Below, one piece after another: positions 18,764 through 27,381 of a DNA stretch of 30,460 nucleotides (its first letter is position 1; each line of letters opens with the position of its first letter). Origin of the DNA: an uncultured candidatus Brocadiaceae bacterium (GTDB taxonomy: Bacteria; Planctomycetota; UBA1135; UBA2386); the NCBI GenBank assembly GCA_964607495.1, contig CAZSKV010000751.1, positions 1 to 30,460 on the forward strand, given 5' to 3'. The position numbers and the translations under genes are program-made. The notes beneath the pieces were generated by a model. The model saw only the letters and a program-made list of their open reading frames with translations. It made no database searches and was not told the DNA's origin.

Positions 18764-19192
18764 ATGGCCACGAAGCGGAAGCCACCCACGAAGCCGTCGG
18801 GTCCGCAGGAGGTCGCCGCGTTCCTCGCGCGGCTCGACCATCCGCTGCGGCCGACCTTGGAGGCGGTGCGGGCGCTGGTGCTCGGCGTCGACCGGGGGAT
18901 CACCGAGCACATCAAGTGGAACGCGCCGAGCTTCTGCATCGACGGCGAGGACCGCGTGACCTGCCACCTGCACCGCAAGCGCTACCTCCTGATCGTGTTC
19001 CACAAGGGGGCGAAGGCGAAGGAGAGGCACGGGGGCGGACCCTTCTTCACGGACGACACCGGCCTCCTGCAGTGGCTCTCGGACGACCGGGCGATCGTCA
19101 CGCTGCACAGCCGCGACGAGTTCGCGGCGAAGCAGGCCGCGCTGCGGAAGGTCGTGAAGACCTGGATCTCGCGGACGCGTGGGCGCAGCTGA
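18764..19192 (+). CDS. DUF1801 (YdhG-like) domain protein; 142 aa
   Basis: VAAFLARLDHPLR....AVRALV....ITEHIKWNAPSF pattern. Confidence 0.8.
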   Translation: MATKRKPPTKPSGPQEVAAFLARLDHPLRPTLEAVRALVLGVDRGITEHIKWNAPSFCIDGEDRVTCHLHRKRYLLIVFHKGAKAKERHGGGPFFTDDTGLLQWLSDDRAIVTLHSRDEFAAKQAALRKVVKTWISRTRGRS

Positions 19193-19230
19193 GGCCGTGA
19201 GCCCGGTCCTTCAGGCGCGCGCTGCTGCGG

Positions 19231-19902
19231 TCAGCGCTGCAGTGCCCGGAACGACACCGCGGCGACCCCCAGCGCGGCGAGGCGCTCGGGCAGCCGCGCG
19301 GCCAGCAGCGCGCGAAACTCGGCCTCGCGCTGCCGCTTGTAGGTGAGGCGCTCGTCGCCGTCGAACACCTCGGCGGGATGGCACATGAGTTCGGTCGTGC
19401 CCGGGCCGAGCGTGCGGCAGAGCGCGACGAGCCGCGCGCCGCGCAGCGCGCAGCGCGCGGCGACGCTGCCCACGAAGTGCTCGGGACACGCGACCCCGAG
19501 GCGGCGCAGCTCGCGCCGGACGCGGGCATTGGGCGCGCGCATCGGCAACTGCTGCGTCGCGAGCACCTGCAGCACGGCGCGGTGATCGCGGTGGGTCTGC
19601 TTGTGCGTGTCGAGATGATCCGGCGGCGCCCCGACCAGCTCGGAAAAGCGCGCGAGCTGGCGCTGCAGCCGGCCCATGAGCTCGCGCGGGTCGTAGTGCA
19701 CGAGATCGCGCGTGAAATCGACGTGCAGGCCGATCCCGACCGCCGGCGCGACGGCGCGGAGCTCGCCGATCGCGGCCGCGGTCGCACGTTCGGCCAGGAC
19801 CGACACGCTGGTCACGACGCCCAGTGCCGCCAGCGCGCGGATGCCCCGGTCGATCCCGGGCGACAGGCCGTAGTCGTCGGCGTTGACGATCAGGCGTTTC
19901 AT
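19231..19902 (-). CDS. YdjC/ChbG/HpnK-family carbohydrate deacetylase; 223 aa
   Basis: MKRLIVNADDYGLSPGIDRGI, VTSVSV, GIGLHVD, PDHLDTH, TTELMCHP, R..E. ATGA-coupled to the methyltransferase. Confidence 0.88.
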   Translation of the reverse strand: MKRLIVNADDYGLSPGIDRGIRALAALGVVTSVSVLAERATAAAIGELRAVAPAVGIGLHVDFTRDLVHYDPRELMGRLQRQLARFSELVGAPPDHLDTHKQTHRDHRAVLQVLATQQLPMRAPNARVRRELRRLGVACPEHFVGSVAARCALRGARLVALCRTLGPGTTELMCHPAEVFDGDERLTYKRQREAEFRALLAARLPERLAALGVAAVSFRALQR

Positions 19903-20600
19903 CGCCGCCGGGCCTCGAGCACGCGGCCCCGCCAGACCAGGCACGCCCCGTGCTGCCAGACCTGCGCGTCCCCGCGGGCGGCGCGTGCCAGCAGGTGCGC
20001 GAGCAGCTGCGGGTCGCCGCCCGCGTAGCTCGCGGTCGCGACCCAACGCCAACGCTCGGCGAGCGTGCGCCAGACGAAGCGACGCGAGAGCGCGCGCTCG
20101 ACGAGCGCGGGGTCCGCGAGCGAATGGTGGTAGAGCAACAGCCTGCCGCCGGGCACGAGCCGCTCCGCCGCCTCCGCGCACAGGGTCTGCAGGTGCAGCG
20201 TGCCGTCCTCGCCCGCGGCGTAGCGCAGGTCGAACTCGTGCGGCGCCGGCTTCTGTGGCGGGACCGCCACGACCAGATCGAGGCGCTGGTCCGGCGGCAA
20301 CGGTGCGAGCCACGATCCCTGGCAGGTCGTGACCGCGGCCTGGTTCTCGCCCGCCGCGCCACGCAGCAGTGCGAGCGCGCGCGCATCCACGTCCGTGGCC
20401 CAGACTGGTCCTGCGCACAGACGCGCGGCGAGCAGCGCGAGGACCCCGGTGCCGCAGCCGGCTTCGCAGACACGGGCCCCTGGCGGCACGCGCAGTTGGC
20501 GGGCCACGAAGCGGGTCGCCTGATCGGAGCCGTGCTGGTCGTCGCGCCACTCGACGAGCTGCTGCCCGGCGAGCCGCAGCGTGCGGCGCACGAAGTCCAT
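19899..20600 (-). CDS. Class I SAM-dependent methyltransferase, HemK/PrmC-like; 233 aa
   Basis: Motif I VCEAGCGTGVLAL, WATDVD, DLVVAVPPQ (NPPY-like motif IV), AAGEDG, LVPGGRLLL. Start overlaps the upstream stop (TGATG). Confidence 0.85.
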   Translation of the reverse strand: MDFVRRTLRLAGQQLVEWRDDQHGSDQATRFVARQLRVPPGARVCEAGCGTGVLALLAARLCAGPVWATDVDARALALLRGAAGENQAAVTTCQGSWLAPLPPDQRLDLVVAVPPQKPAPHEFDLRYAAGEDGTLHLQTLCAEAAERLVPGGRLLLYHHSLADPALVERALSRRFVWRTLAERWRWVATASYAGGDPQLLAHLLARAARGDAQVWQHGACLVWRGRVLEARRR

Positions 20601-21319
20601 CACGCGTCCCCGCGCACGGCGGACTGCTCGAGGATCATGATCTTCTGCCAGATCTTGCCCGAGAGGCCGGTCGTCAGGTGCGCGACGTCGTCGACCGCGT
20701 CGAGCACCACCGGATCGTTGAAGCCCTGCACGTAGAGCGCCGCGAGGTTGCCGATCAACGTCAGCATCTCCGAGCAGTAGTCGAGGTAGCGCGTGGTCTC
20801 CGCCGCACTGAGCCGGCGCTCGCCGCGGGAGCCTTCCGGGGGCTCGGTGCTGGCGATGGGCCCGGGATCCTTGTGCATCTGGTGCAGGTCGATGATGTGC
20901 GCCATCGCGCGCAGTTCGTGGATCGCGTCGAGCGCCTTGTTGCGCTTCAGGCGGCGCTCGAGCGTGATCAGCGTCAACACGCCGGCGCCAAGGAAGAAGG
21001 CCGACCCCAGCACGGCCTCGACCGTCTGCAGCAGCTCGGCGAGGTTCAGTACCTCGGTCGAATGGCGGCGGTCGGCGAACCACTCGCGCAGGTAGAGCCC
21101 GACCAGCACCACGCTCGTGAGCAGCAGCAACGCCACGAGCACCCGCAGCACCAGGTTCGGGCGCAAGATCGCGCCGATCCGCTGCTCGGCGCGCTCCGCG
21201 GTCGCCGCCACTTCGGCCGCGACCGAGGCCAACCCGGCGTCCGGGAAGCTCAACCGCACGCGGGCATGCAGCCGCCGGATGGTCTGCGTGATCTTCTCGG
21301 GGTGCAGGTGCTCGTACAC
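20600..21319 (-). CDS. Conserved-looking hypothetical membrane protein with 2 TM helices; about 239 aa
   Basis: Protein-like sequence with strongly patterned blocks (HELRAMAHIIDLHQMHKDP, RYLDYCSEMLTLIGNLAALY, LTTGLSGKIWQKIMIL). GTG start at 21319 is a guess. Confidence 0.8.
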   Translation of the reverse strand: MYEHLHPEKITQTIRRLHARVRLSFPDAGLASVAAEVAATAERAEQRIGAILRPNLVLRVLVALLLLTSVVLVGLYLREWFADRRHSTEVLNLAELLQTVEAVLGSAFFLGAGVLTLITLERRLKRNKALDAIHELRAMAHIIDLHQMHKDPGPIASTEPPEGSRGERRLSAAETTRYLDYCSEMLTLIGNLAALYVQGFNDPVVLDAVDDVAHLTTGLSGKIWQKIMILEQSAVRGDA

Positions 21320-21417
21320 GGCCGCGGGATGATGGCGGAAGCCGGGAGCGCGCGCCAACAGGACCCCGCCACGCTGGAGCCGCCGCCTCGGTCCGCCTAT
21401 CCTGCGCACTTCCTGCC

Positions 21418-22161
21418 GTGGCCGAACGAACGCTGATCCTGATCCCCGCCTGCAACGAGGAAGGCCGCCTGGCCTGCGTCCTCGACGCGGTCGCGGCCCA
21501 GGGTCTCGCGGCCGACGTCCTCGTGCTGGACGACGGCAGCCGCGACGGCACGGCGAGCGAGGCGCGGCGCCGCGGCGCGATCGTGGTCTCGCACCCCTTC
21601 AACCTCGGCTACGGCTCCGCGCTGCACACCGGCTACCACTATGCGCGCAGGCACGGCTACACGCGGCTCGTGCAGATGGACGCCGACGGCCAGCACGACC
21701 CGCGCTCGCTGCCGGCGCTGCTCGACGGCCTCGAGCGCGGTGCCGACGTCGTCGTCGGTTCGCGCTACCTGGCCGGCTCCGCGCCGCCGACCTCGTTCGC
21801 GCGCCGCGCCGGCTCCCGCCTCTTCGCCTGGATCGTGTCCCGTTGGACCGGCACGCGGATCACCGACCCGACTTCGGGCTTCCAGGCGCTGTCGGGGCGT
21901 GCGCTCGAGTTCCTGGCCCAGGACCACTTCCCCGAGGACTATCCCGACGCCGACGTGCTGATCATGCTGCACCGCGAGGGCATGCGCCTGCTCGAGGTGC
22001 CGGTGCAGATGCATGCGCGCCTGAGCGGCCTGTCGATGCATCGCGGTGGCCGTGCCGCCTACTACGCCTACAAGATGCTGCTCACGCTCGCGCTCCTGCG
22101 CGTGCGCCGCAAGTCCCCGTTCCGCTCCGGCACCTTGACGCCGCTCCCCTCCGCCCGCTGA
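21418..22161 (+). CDS. GT2 family glycosyltransferase (DPM1-like polyprenol-phosphate glycosyltransferase); 247 aa
   Basis: LILIPACNEE, VLDDGSRDGT, HPFNLGYGSAL, QMDADGQHDP, DVVVGSRY, ITDPTSGFQA, LLEVPVQM. A TATCCT -10 candidate lies at 21398-21403. Confidence 0.92.
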   Translation: MAERTLILIPACNEEGRLACVLDAVAAQGLAADVLVLDDGSRDGTASEARRRGAIVVSHPFNLGYGSALHTGYHYARRHGYTRLVQMDADGQHDPRSLPALLDGLERGADVVVGSRYLAGSAPPTSFARRAGSRLFAWIVSRWTGTRITDPTSGFQALSGRALEFLAQDHFPEDYPDADVLIMLHREGMRLLEVPVQMHARLSGLSMHRGGRAAYYAYKMLLTLALLRVRRKSPFRSGTLTPLPSAR

Positions 22162-22163
22162 CC

Positions 22164-22598
22164 ATGCCGACCCAAGCCCTCCCCGAACGCCAGGCATTGG
22201 TCGCGGTGCTGCTCGCGCTGGCGATGCTGATCGTCGTCGTCGAACTCGTGCGCAAGCGCAAGCTGCGCGAGGAGTACTCGTTCCTGTGGGTCGGGACCGC
22301 GCTCGCACTGCTGGTGCTCGCGGTCTGGAGCGATTCGCTGACCTGGTTCCAGCAGCTGATCGGCGCAGCCGTGCCGACCTCGGCGTTGTTCTTCGGCGGA
22401 CTCGTGTTCCTGATGCTCGTCGCCCTGCAGTTCTCGGTCCGCATCTCCAAGGAGTCGTTCCGGCAGAAGACGATGGCACAGCGCACCGCCCTGCTCGAGC
22501 GCGAGGTCGACGAACTCCGCGCGCGGATCGACGAACTCGAGGCCGAGCGCAAGGGGCGCGCCGCTCCTCCCCGCCGCGAGGCCGGCAGTGCCTCCTGA
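22164..22598 (+). CDS. DUF2304 family membrane protein; 144 aa
   Basis: VVELVRKRKLREEYSFLW, 3 TM helices, FSVRIS...LAQR.ALLE coiled-coil tail. Typical position right after a GT2 gene. Confidence 0.85.
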   Translation: MPTQALPERQALVAVLLALAMLIVVVELVRKRKLREEYSFLWVGTALALLVLAVWSDSLTWFQQLIGAAVPTSALFFGGLVFLMLVALQFSVRISKESFRQKTMAQRTALLEREVDELRARIDELEAERKGRAAPPRREAGSAS

Positions 22599-23100
22599 TT
22601 TCGCGGCCTTGCTCGCCACCGAATTCCGGCGGCGGCTGCTCGGCGAATACGTACCGCGGATCCGCCACTGCGCAGGCCTGCTGAGCGAGAGCCAGGCCTG
22701 GCAGAAGCCGGCACCGGGCGGCAATTCGCTCGGCAACCTGCTGCTGCACCTCGAAGGCAACGTCCGCCAGTGGATCCTCGGCGAGATCGGCGGCGAGATC
22801 GGCGGCGAGATCGACGGGCGCGACCGGGCGGCCGAGTTCGCGGCCGTGGCCGCGACCGCGCCCGCGCCGATCCCGGCACTCCTGCTGCGCCTGGAGACGA
22901 CCGTGAGCCGGGCCTGCACGCTGGTGGACGGCCTGTCCGAAGCGCAACTGCGCACGCGGCAGGTGTTCCAAGGCCGTTACTCCGAGACCTGGTTCTCGGC
23001 GATCGTGCACGTGCTCGAACACTTCTCCGGGCACGCCGGGCAGATCTACTTCTGGACCAAGGCGCTGACCGGCAAGGACCTGAAGTTCTACGACCTATGA
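22588..23100 (+). CDS. DinB/DUF1572-family protein; 170 aa
   Basis: NSLGNLLLHLEGNVRQWI, RDRAAEF, HVLEHFSGHAGQI (DinB His triad). GTG start overlaps the DUF2304 gene end. Confidence 0.85.
   Translation: MPPDFAALLATEFRRRLLGEYVPRIRHCAGLLSESQAWQKPAPGGNSLGNLLLHLEGNVRQWILGEIGGEIGGEIDGRDRAAEFAAVAATAPAPIPALLLRLETTVSRACTLVDGLSEAQLRTRQVFQGRYSETWFSAIVHVLEHFSGHAGQIYFWTKALTGKDLKFYDL
22780..22815 (+). repeat. 3 x 12-bp in-frame tandem repeat (GGCGAGATCGGC x2 + GGCGAGATCGAC) encoding GEIG-GEIG-GEID
   Basis: Read directly from the sequence. Confidence 0.9.
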
Positions 23101-24629
23101 GCCTCGACCTGTCGTTTCTCGAGTCGCTGGGCATCACCCGCGAGCACTCGGCTGCATATGCCGGCACCTGGCTGAAGACGAGCGGCGCGCTCGTGACCGT
23201 GTCCACGCCGATCACCGGTGAGGTGATCGGCAGCGTGCGCGTCGCGACGGCCAAGGAGTACGAACAGGTCTCCGCGGCCGCGCATGCCGCGTTCCTGCGC
23301 TGGCGCGAGGTGCCGGCGCCGCGGCGCGGCGAGCTCGTGCGCCAGATCGGCAACCTGTTGCGCGAGCACAAGGACCAGCTCGGGCGGCTGGTGACGCTCG
23401 AGACCGGCAAGCTCCTCGAGGAGGGCAAGGGCGAGGTGCAGGAGTGCATCGACATCGCCGACTACGCGCTCGGGCTGTCGCGCCAACTCTTCGGCCTGAC
23501 GATCAAGTCGGAGCGGCCCAAGCACGCGATGCGCGAGACCTGGCACCCGCTGGGCACGGTCGGCGTGATCACCGCCTTCAATTTTCCGGTCGCCGTGTGG
23601 GCCTGGAACGCGATGCTCGCACTGGTCTGCGGCGACGCCGTGCTGTGGAAGCCGTCGCGGCGCACGCCGCTCTCGGCGATCGCGATCACGAAGCTCGCGG
23701 CGCGCGTGCTCGAGCCGCTGGGCTTCGGCGCGCTCGCCGCCATGGTGCTCGGCCCCGACGACACGGTCGGCGGCGCGCTGCTCGACGACCACCGCGTGCC
23801 CCTGGTCTCCGCCACCGGCAGCACCCGCGTCGGCCGTCTCGTCGCGCAGCGGGTCGGCGTGCGGCTCGGTCGCACGCTGCTCGAGCTCGGCGGCAACAAC
23901 GGGATCATCGTGCTCGACGACGCCGACCTCGACATGGCGACCCGCGCGATCGTGTTCGGCGCGGTCGGCACGGCCGGCCAGCGCTGCACGACGACGCGCC
24001 GCCTGCTCGTGCAGCAGGGCGTGGTCGAGCCGCTCACGGCGCGGCTCGTGCAGGCCTACGCGCAGGTGCGGATCGGCAACCCGCTCGAAGCGGGCACGCT
24101 CATGGGGCCGCTGATCGATGCCGCCGCGGTAACGAGCTACGAACGGGCGATCGCCGCGGCGCAGGCCGAAGGCGGCAAGGTGCTCTGCGGCGGGCGGCGC
24201 GCCCAGGTCGCGCCGGCCCTGCAACATGGCTTCTACGTCGAGCCGACGCTCGTGCGCAGCCAGCGCCAGTCGGCGATCGTCTGCGAGGAGACCTTCGCGC
24301 CGATCTGCTACCTGCTCGAGGTGCAGGATCTCGACGCCGCGCTCGCGCTGCACAACGCGGTGCCGCAAGGCCTGTCGTCGGCGATCTTCACGCTGAACGT
24401 GCGCGCGGCCGAGCGCTTCCTGGCCGAAGCCGGCTCCGATTGCGGGATCGCCAACGTGAACATCGGCACGTCGGGCGCCGAGATCGGCGGCGCGTTCGGC
24501 GGCGAGAAGGAGACCGGCGGCGGACGCGAGTCGGGCAGCGACGCGTGGAAGTCCTACATGCGCCGGCAGACCAGCACCGTGAACTGGGGCAGCGACCTGC
24601 CGCTCGCCCAGGGCATCCGGTTCGGGTGA
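23097..24629 (+). CDS. Aldehyde dehydrogenase, ALDH7/antiquitin-like (alpha-aminoadipic semialdehyde / P6C dehydrogenase type); 510 aa
   Basis: ATGA-coupled. EGKGEVQECIDIADYALGLSRQL, GVITAFNFPVAVWAWN, SATGST, LELGGNN, catalytic GTAGQRCTT, EETFAP, NIGTSGAEIGGAFGGEKETGGGRESGSDAWK.YMRRQT. Confidence 0.93.
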   Translation: MSLDLSFLESLGITREHSAAYAGTWLKTSGALVTVSTPITGEVIGSVRVATAKEYEQVSAAAHAAFLRWREVPAPRRGELVRQIGNLLREHKDQLGRLVTLETGKLLEEGKGEVQECIDIADYALGLSRQLFGLTIKSERPKHAMRETWHPLGTVGVITAFNFPVAVWAWNAMLALVCGDAVLWKPSRRTPLSAIAITKLAARVLEPLGFGALAAMVLGPDDTVGGALLDDHRVPLVSATGSTRVGRLVAQRVGVRLGRTLLELGGNNGIIVLDDADLDMATRAIVFGAVGTAGQRCTTTRRLLVQQGVVEPLTARLVQAYAQVRIGNPLEAGTLMGPLIDAAAVTSYERAIAAAQAEGGKVLCGGRRAQVAPALQHGFYVEPTLVRSQRQSAIVCEETFAPICYLLEVQDLDAALALHNAVPQGLSSAIFTLNVRAAERFLAEAGSDCGIANVNIGTSGAEIGGAFGGEKETGGGRESGSDAWKSYMRRQTSTVNWGSDLPLAQGIRFG

Positions 24630-24634
24630 CCGCC

Positions 24635-25264
24635 ATGCGCCTCGACCACCTGCTCGCCAACAACAAGGCGTGGGCCGCGCGTATCGAGCGCGAGCACCCG
24701 GGGTTCTTCGCCGGCCTCGTGGCCCAGCAGTCGCCGCAGTACCTGTGGATCGGCTGCTCCGACTCGCGCGTGCCCGCGAACCAGATCGTCGGCCTGCCGC
24801 CCGGTGAGCTCTTCGTGCACCGCAACGTCGCGAACGTGGTCAGCAACACCGACTTCAACGTGCTCTCGGTGCTGCAGTATGCGATCGAAGTGCTGAAGGT
24901 GCAGCACGTGATCGTCTGCGGCCACTACGGCTGCGGCGGCATCCGCGCCGCGCTCTCGAAGCAGACCTTCGGCCTGATCGACAACTGGCTGAGCGGCATC
25001 AAGGACATCTACGCCGCGCACCGCGGGCGCTTCGCGCAGATCGCGCAGGAGTCGGCCCGCACCGACCTGCTCTGCGAACTCAACGTCAAGAGCCAGGTCC
25101 GCCACGTCTGCCACACGACGATCGTGCAGAACGCCTGGCAGCGCGGGCAGCCGCTGCGCGTCCACGGCTGGGTCTACGACCTCGAGGACGGCTTGTTGCG
25201 GGACCTCGGCGTGACCACCGAGGGCCCGGAACAGCTGGCGGAGATCTATCGCTACGAGCAGTGA
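24635..25264 (+). CDS. can: Beta-class carbonic anhydrase; 209 aa
   Basis: QSPQYLWIGCSDSRVPA, GELFVHRNVANVV, VCGHYGCGGI, LCELNV, VHGWVYDLEDGLL. Confidence 0.95.
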   Translation: MRLDHLLANNKAWAARIEREHPGFFAGLVAQQSPQYLWIGCSDSRVPANQIVGLPPGELFVHRNVANVVSNTDFNVLSVLQYAIEVLKVQHVIVCGHYGCGGIRAALSKQTFGLIDNWLSGIKDIYAAHRGRFAQIAQESARTDLLCELNVKSQVRHVCHTTIVQNAWQRGQPLRVHGWVYDLEDGLLRDLGVTTEGPEQLAEIYRYEQ

Positions 25265-25270
25265 CCCGGC

Positions 25271-26179
25271 TCAGTAGCCGATCACCCACTCCACGCCGTT
25301 CGTCATCGACAGGTCCGGCAGCACGACCACGAAGGCTTGCATGTCGAACTGGAACGAGATCAGCGCCTTGTCGTTCGGGATCGGCAGGTTGATCGGCGTC
25401 GCGCCGACGGGCAGGGTGCCGGGCACCGGGATCGTCGCGAAGATCGGTGGCGCGACCAGCAGCGTGCCACCGAGGAAGGGCAGGCTGCCGCGCTGGCCGG
25501 CGAGCGCGAGCAACGCACCGCTGTTGACCGCATGCGACTGCGTGAGGGAGAGCGTCGCGGTCTGGCCGAAGATCGGCCGGGCCGTCGTGTTGAGGGTCGG
25601 CGCGGGCGCCGAGCCGGCTCCGAATCCAGTGCCATAGTTGATCGCGGACGACTGGCCCGCGACGAAGACCTCGACGCGCGCGATCGAGGCCGAGCCCTCC
25701 GACGAGTAGGCCGCGTTGCCGCCGGTCGTGACGATGTTGGTCTGCGTGAGGAATCGCATCAGGGTGATCGGATTGCCGAGCACGTTGCTCGCGTATGCGC
25801 CGGCGCCGTACGAGCTGCGCATGGTGGACGTGTCGCCACAGCCGCCGAGCACGCCGATGTAGTCACCGGCATTGAAGATCAGCGAGCAGGGGATCACGAC
25901 GTTGCTCGGCTGGCCGACCTTGTAGAAAACCTGCGTGCCGGAACCGGTCGCCGGGTAGGCCGGTGGCGGCGCGGTCATCTTGAAGACCTCGACGTTCTGC
26001 AGGCCGTGCTTCGTCTCGTCCGGGACCCGCAGGCCGGTCACGACGATCGCGACGGGGGTCTGGAAGTAGAACCCGCGCGTCGCGTTTGCCGACGAGAACG
26101 TGCTCGTGAAGTTGGGAAGCGGGATCTGGGCAACAACGGGGCTGACCAGGGTCAGCGCGAACAGGATGGGGATTCGCAT
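25271..26179 (-). CDS. Secreted beta-rich hypothetical protein with a distinctive C-terminal domain; 302 aa
   Basis: Signal peptide MRIPILFALTLVSPVVAQ, Thr/Ser/Gly-rich body, C-terminal block P.FGQTATLSL...LPIPNDKALI.FQFDMQA....SMTNGVEWVIGY. Confidence 0.85.
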   Translation of the reverse strand: MRIPILFALTLVSPVVAQIPLPNFTSTFSSANATRGFYFQTPVAIVVTGLRVPDETKHGLQNVEVFKMTAPPPAYPATGSGTQVFYKVGQPSNVVIPCSLIFNAGDYIGVLGGCGDTSTMRSSYGAGAYASNVLGNPITLMRFLTQTNIVTTGGNAAYSSEGSASIARVEVFVAGQSSAINYGTGFGAGSAPAPTLNTTARPIFGQTATLSLTQSHAVNSGALLALAGQRGSLPFLGGTLLVAPPIFATIPVPGTLPVGATPINLPIPNDKALISFQFDMQAFVVVLPDLSMTNGVEWVIGY

Positions 26180-26253
26180 GGGTGGTTCTGGGGACAAGGG
26201 AACAGACGAGAGACGCGGCATGGTCACGCCTGTCGGTCCATCTGTCACCCCCC

Positions 26254-27351
26254 CTACCGTTTCTGCAAGAGCTCGAGCAGCGCTGAATCGCCCGGTCGCA
26301 GATGCCAGAACAGGAGTTCGGGCCCGCTGCCGGCCCGTGTGAACATGTCCTGCCCTTCGGGAAACGCCGGCCGGACCGTCGTGAACCCGGCGTGTGCTGT
26401 CGGCCAGGGCAGGAGCAGCGCGCGCGGATCGCGCGCCTGCGGGGGTTTCCGCGCGTGCCGCAGCGACCACGGCCGTGTCGGCGCCTGGATCTCGCCGTCG
26501 ATCGCCGCGAGCTGGCGCGCGAGGCGCGCGCCGTTCTGGCGCTGGATCTCGTCCGGCACGCGCGCGCCGGTCTCCGGGACCAGGGCCGCAAGCTGGATCG
26601 CGACCACGAACGCGAGCACGAAGCGCAGCAGCAGGTCGCGTGGCGTGAGTCCCGCGCACGCGCGGTTCCAGCCGCGGATGCCGACCGCCGCGTAGCAGGC
26701 GAGGAGCGCGTAGAACGGCTCGAACCAGAGCAGGCCGAAGGGCGATGCCAGGGCCAGGACACAGCCCGGCAGCAGGCAGCGGCCGGGTCCACCGCGACCC
26801 GCTGCGAACCAGCCGACGAGCGCGAGGCCGAGCAGTCCCGCGAGCGGGACGAAGCAGAGATCGATCCAGGCCAGCTCGCCGCGCGGAATCCCGGGACGCG
26901 GCAGGCAGGCCGGGGCGATCAGCGCGAGCCCGATCGCCAGCACGAGCAGGGCGAGCGCCTTCCGCTCGGTCCAGAGGAACTCGGCCAGCAGCAGGCAGGT
27001 GCAGGCGAGGGCGCCGCCGCCGCAGAGGTCCCCGGAGGCCGGACGCTGTCCGAGGCTGGCGGCGAAGAGCCCGGCGGCGATCACGCCCGACGCCGGCCCG
27101 GTGACCGCCCCCGCGAGCCGTGAGAGCAGATAGCAGCTCGTGAGCGTCGCGGCGACGGAGAGCAGGCGCAGATCCGTGAACCCGGAGAAGAGCGACCAGG
27201 GCCAGACCACCGCCCAGAGCTCCTCGCGCACGTCGAGCGCGTCGGGGTAGACGTGCCGCTGCCAGGCCTGGAACAGGAAGCAGAGGCCGAGCGCGAGCGA
27301 ACCGGCGCTCGTCAGCCACAGCACGACCTGGCTCTCATACCTGGCCTTCAT
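26254..27351 (-). CDS. Polytopic membrane protein, possibly a degenerate ArnT/PMT-like (GT-C) protein; 365 aa
   Basis: About 8-9 hydrophobic helices. The segment LRLLSVAATLTSCYLLSRLAGAVTGPASGVIAAGLFAAS resembles the PMT/ArnT helix pair. Soluble C-terminal tail. Confidence 0.6.
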   Translation of the reverse strand: MKARYESQVVLWLTSAGSLALGLCFLFQAWQRHVYPDALDVREELWAVVWPWSLFSGFTDLRLLSVAATLTSCYLLSRLAGAVTGPASGVIAAGLFAASLGQRPASGDLCGGGALACTCLLLAEFLWTERKALALLVLAIGLALIAPACLPRPGIPRGELAWIDLCFVPLAGLLGLALVGWFAAGRGGPGRCLLPGCVLALASPFGLLWFEPFYALLACYAAVGIRGWNRACAGLTPRDLLLRFVLAFVVAIQLAALVPETGARVPDEIQRQNGARLARQLAAIDGEIQAPTRPWSLRHARKPPQARDPRALLLPWPTAHAGFTTVRPAFPEGQDMFTRAGSGPELLFWHLRPGDSALLELLQKR

Positions 27352-27381
27352 CGGTGGGCGCAGCTAACCTGCGTGCGCCTC

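Noticed and set aside
18734-19230. Rho-independent terminators after operons (also checked near 11240, 25265, 29745)
   Set aside because: No convincing stem-loop with a U-tract found. Most transcription units end in convergent overlaps.
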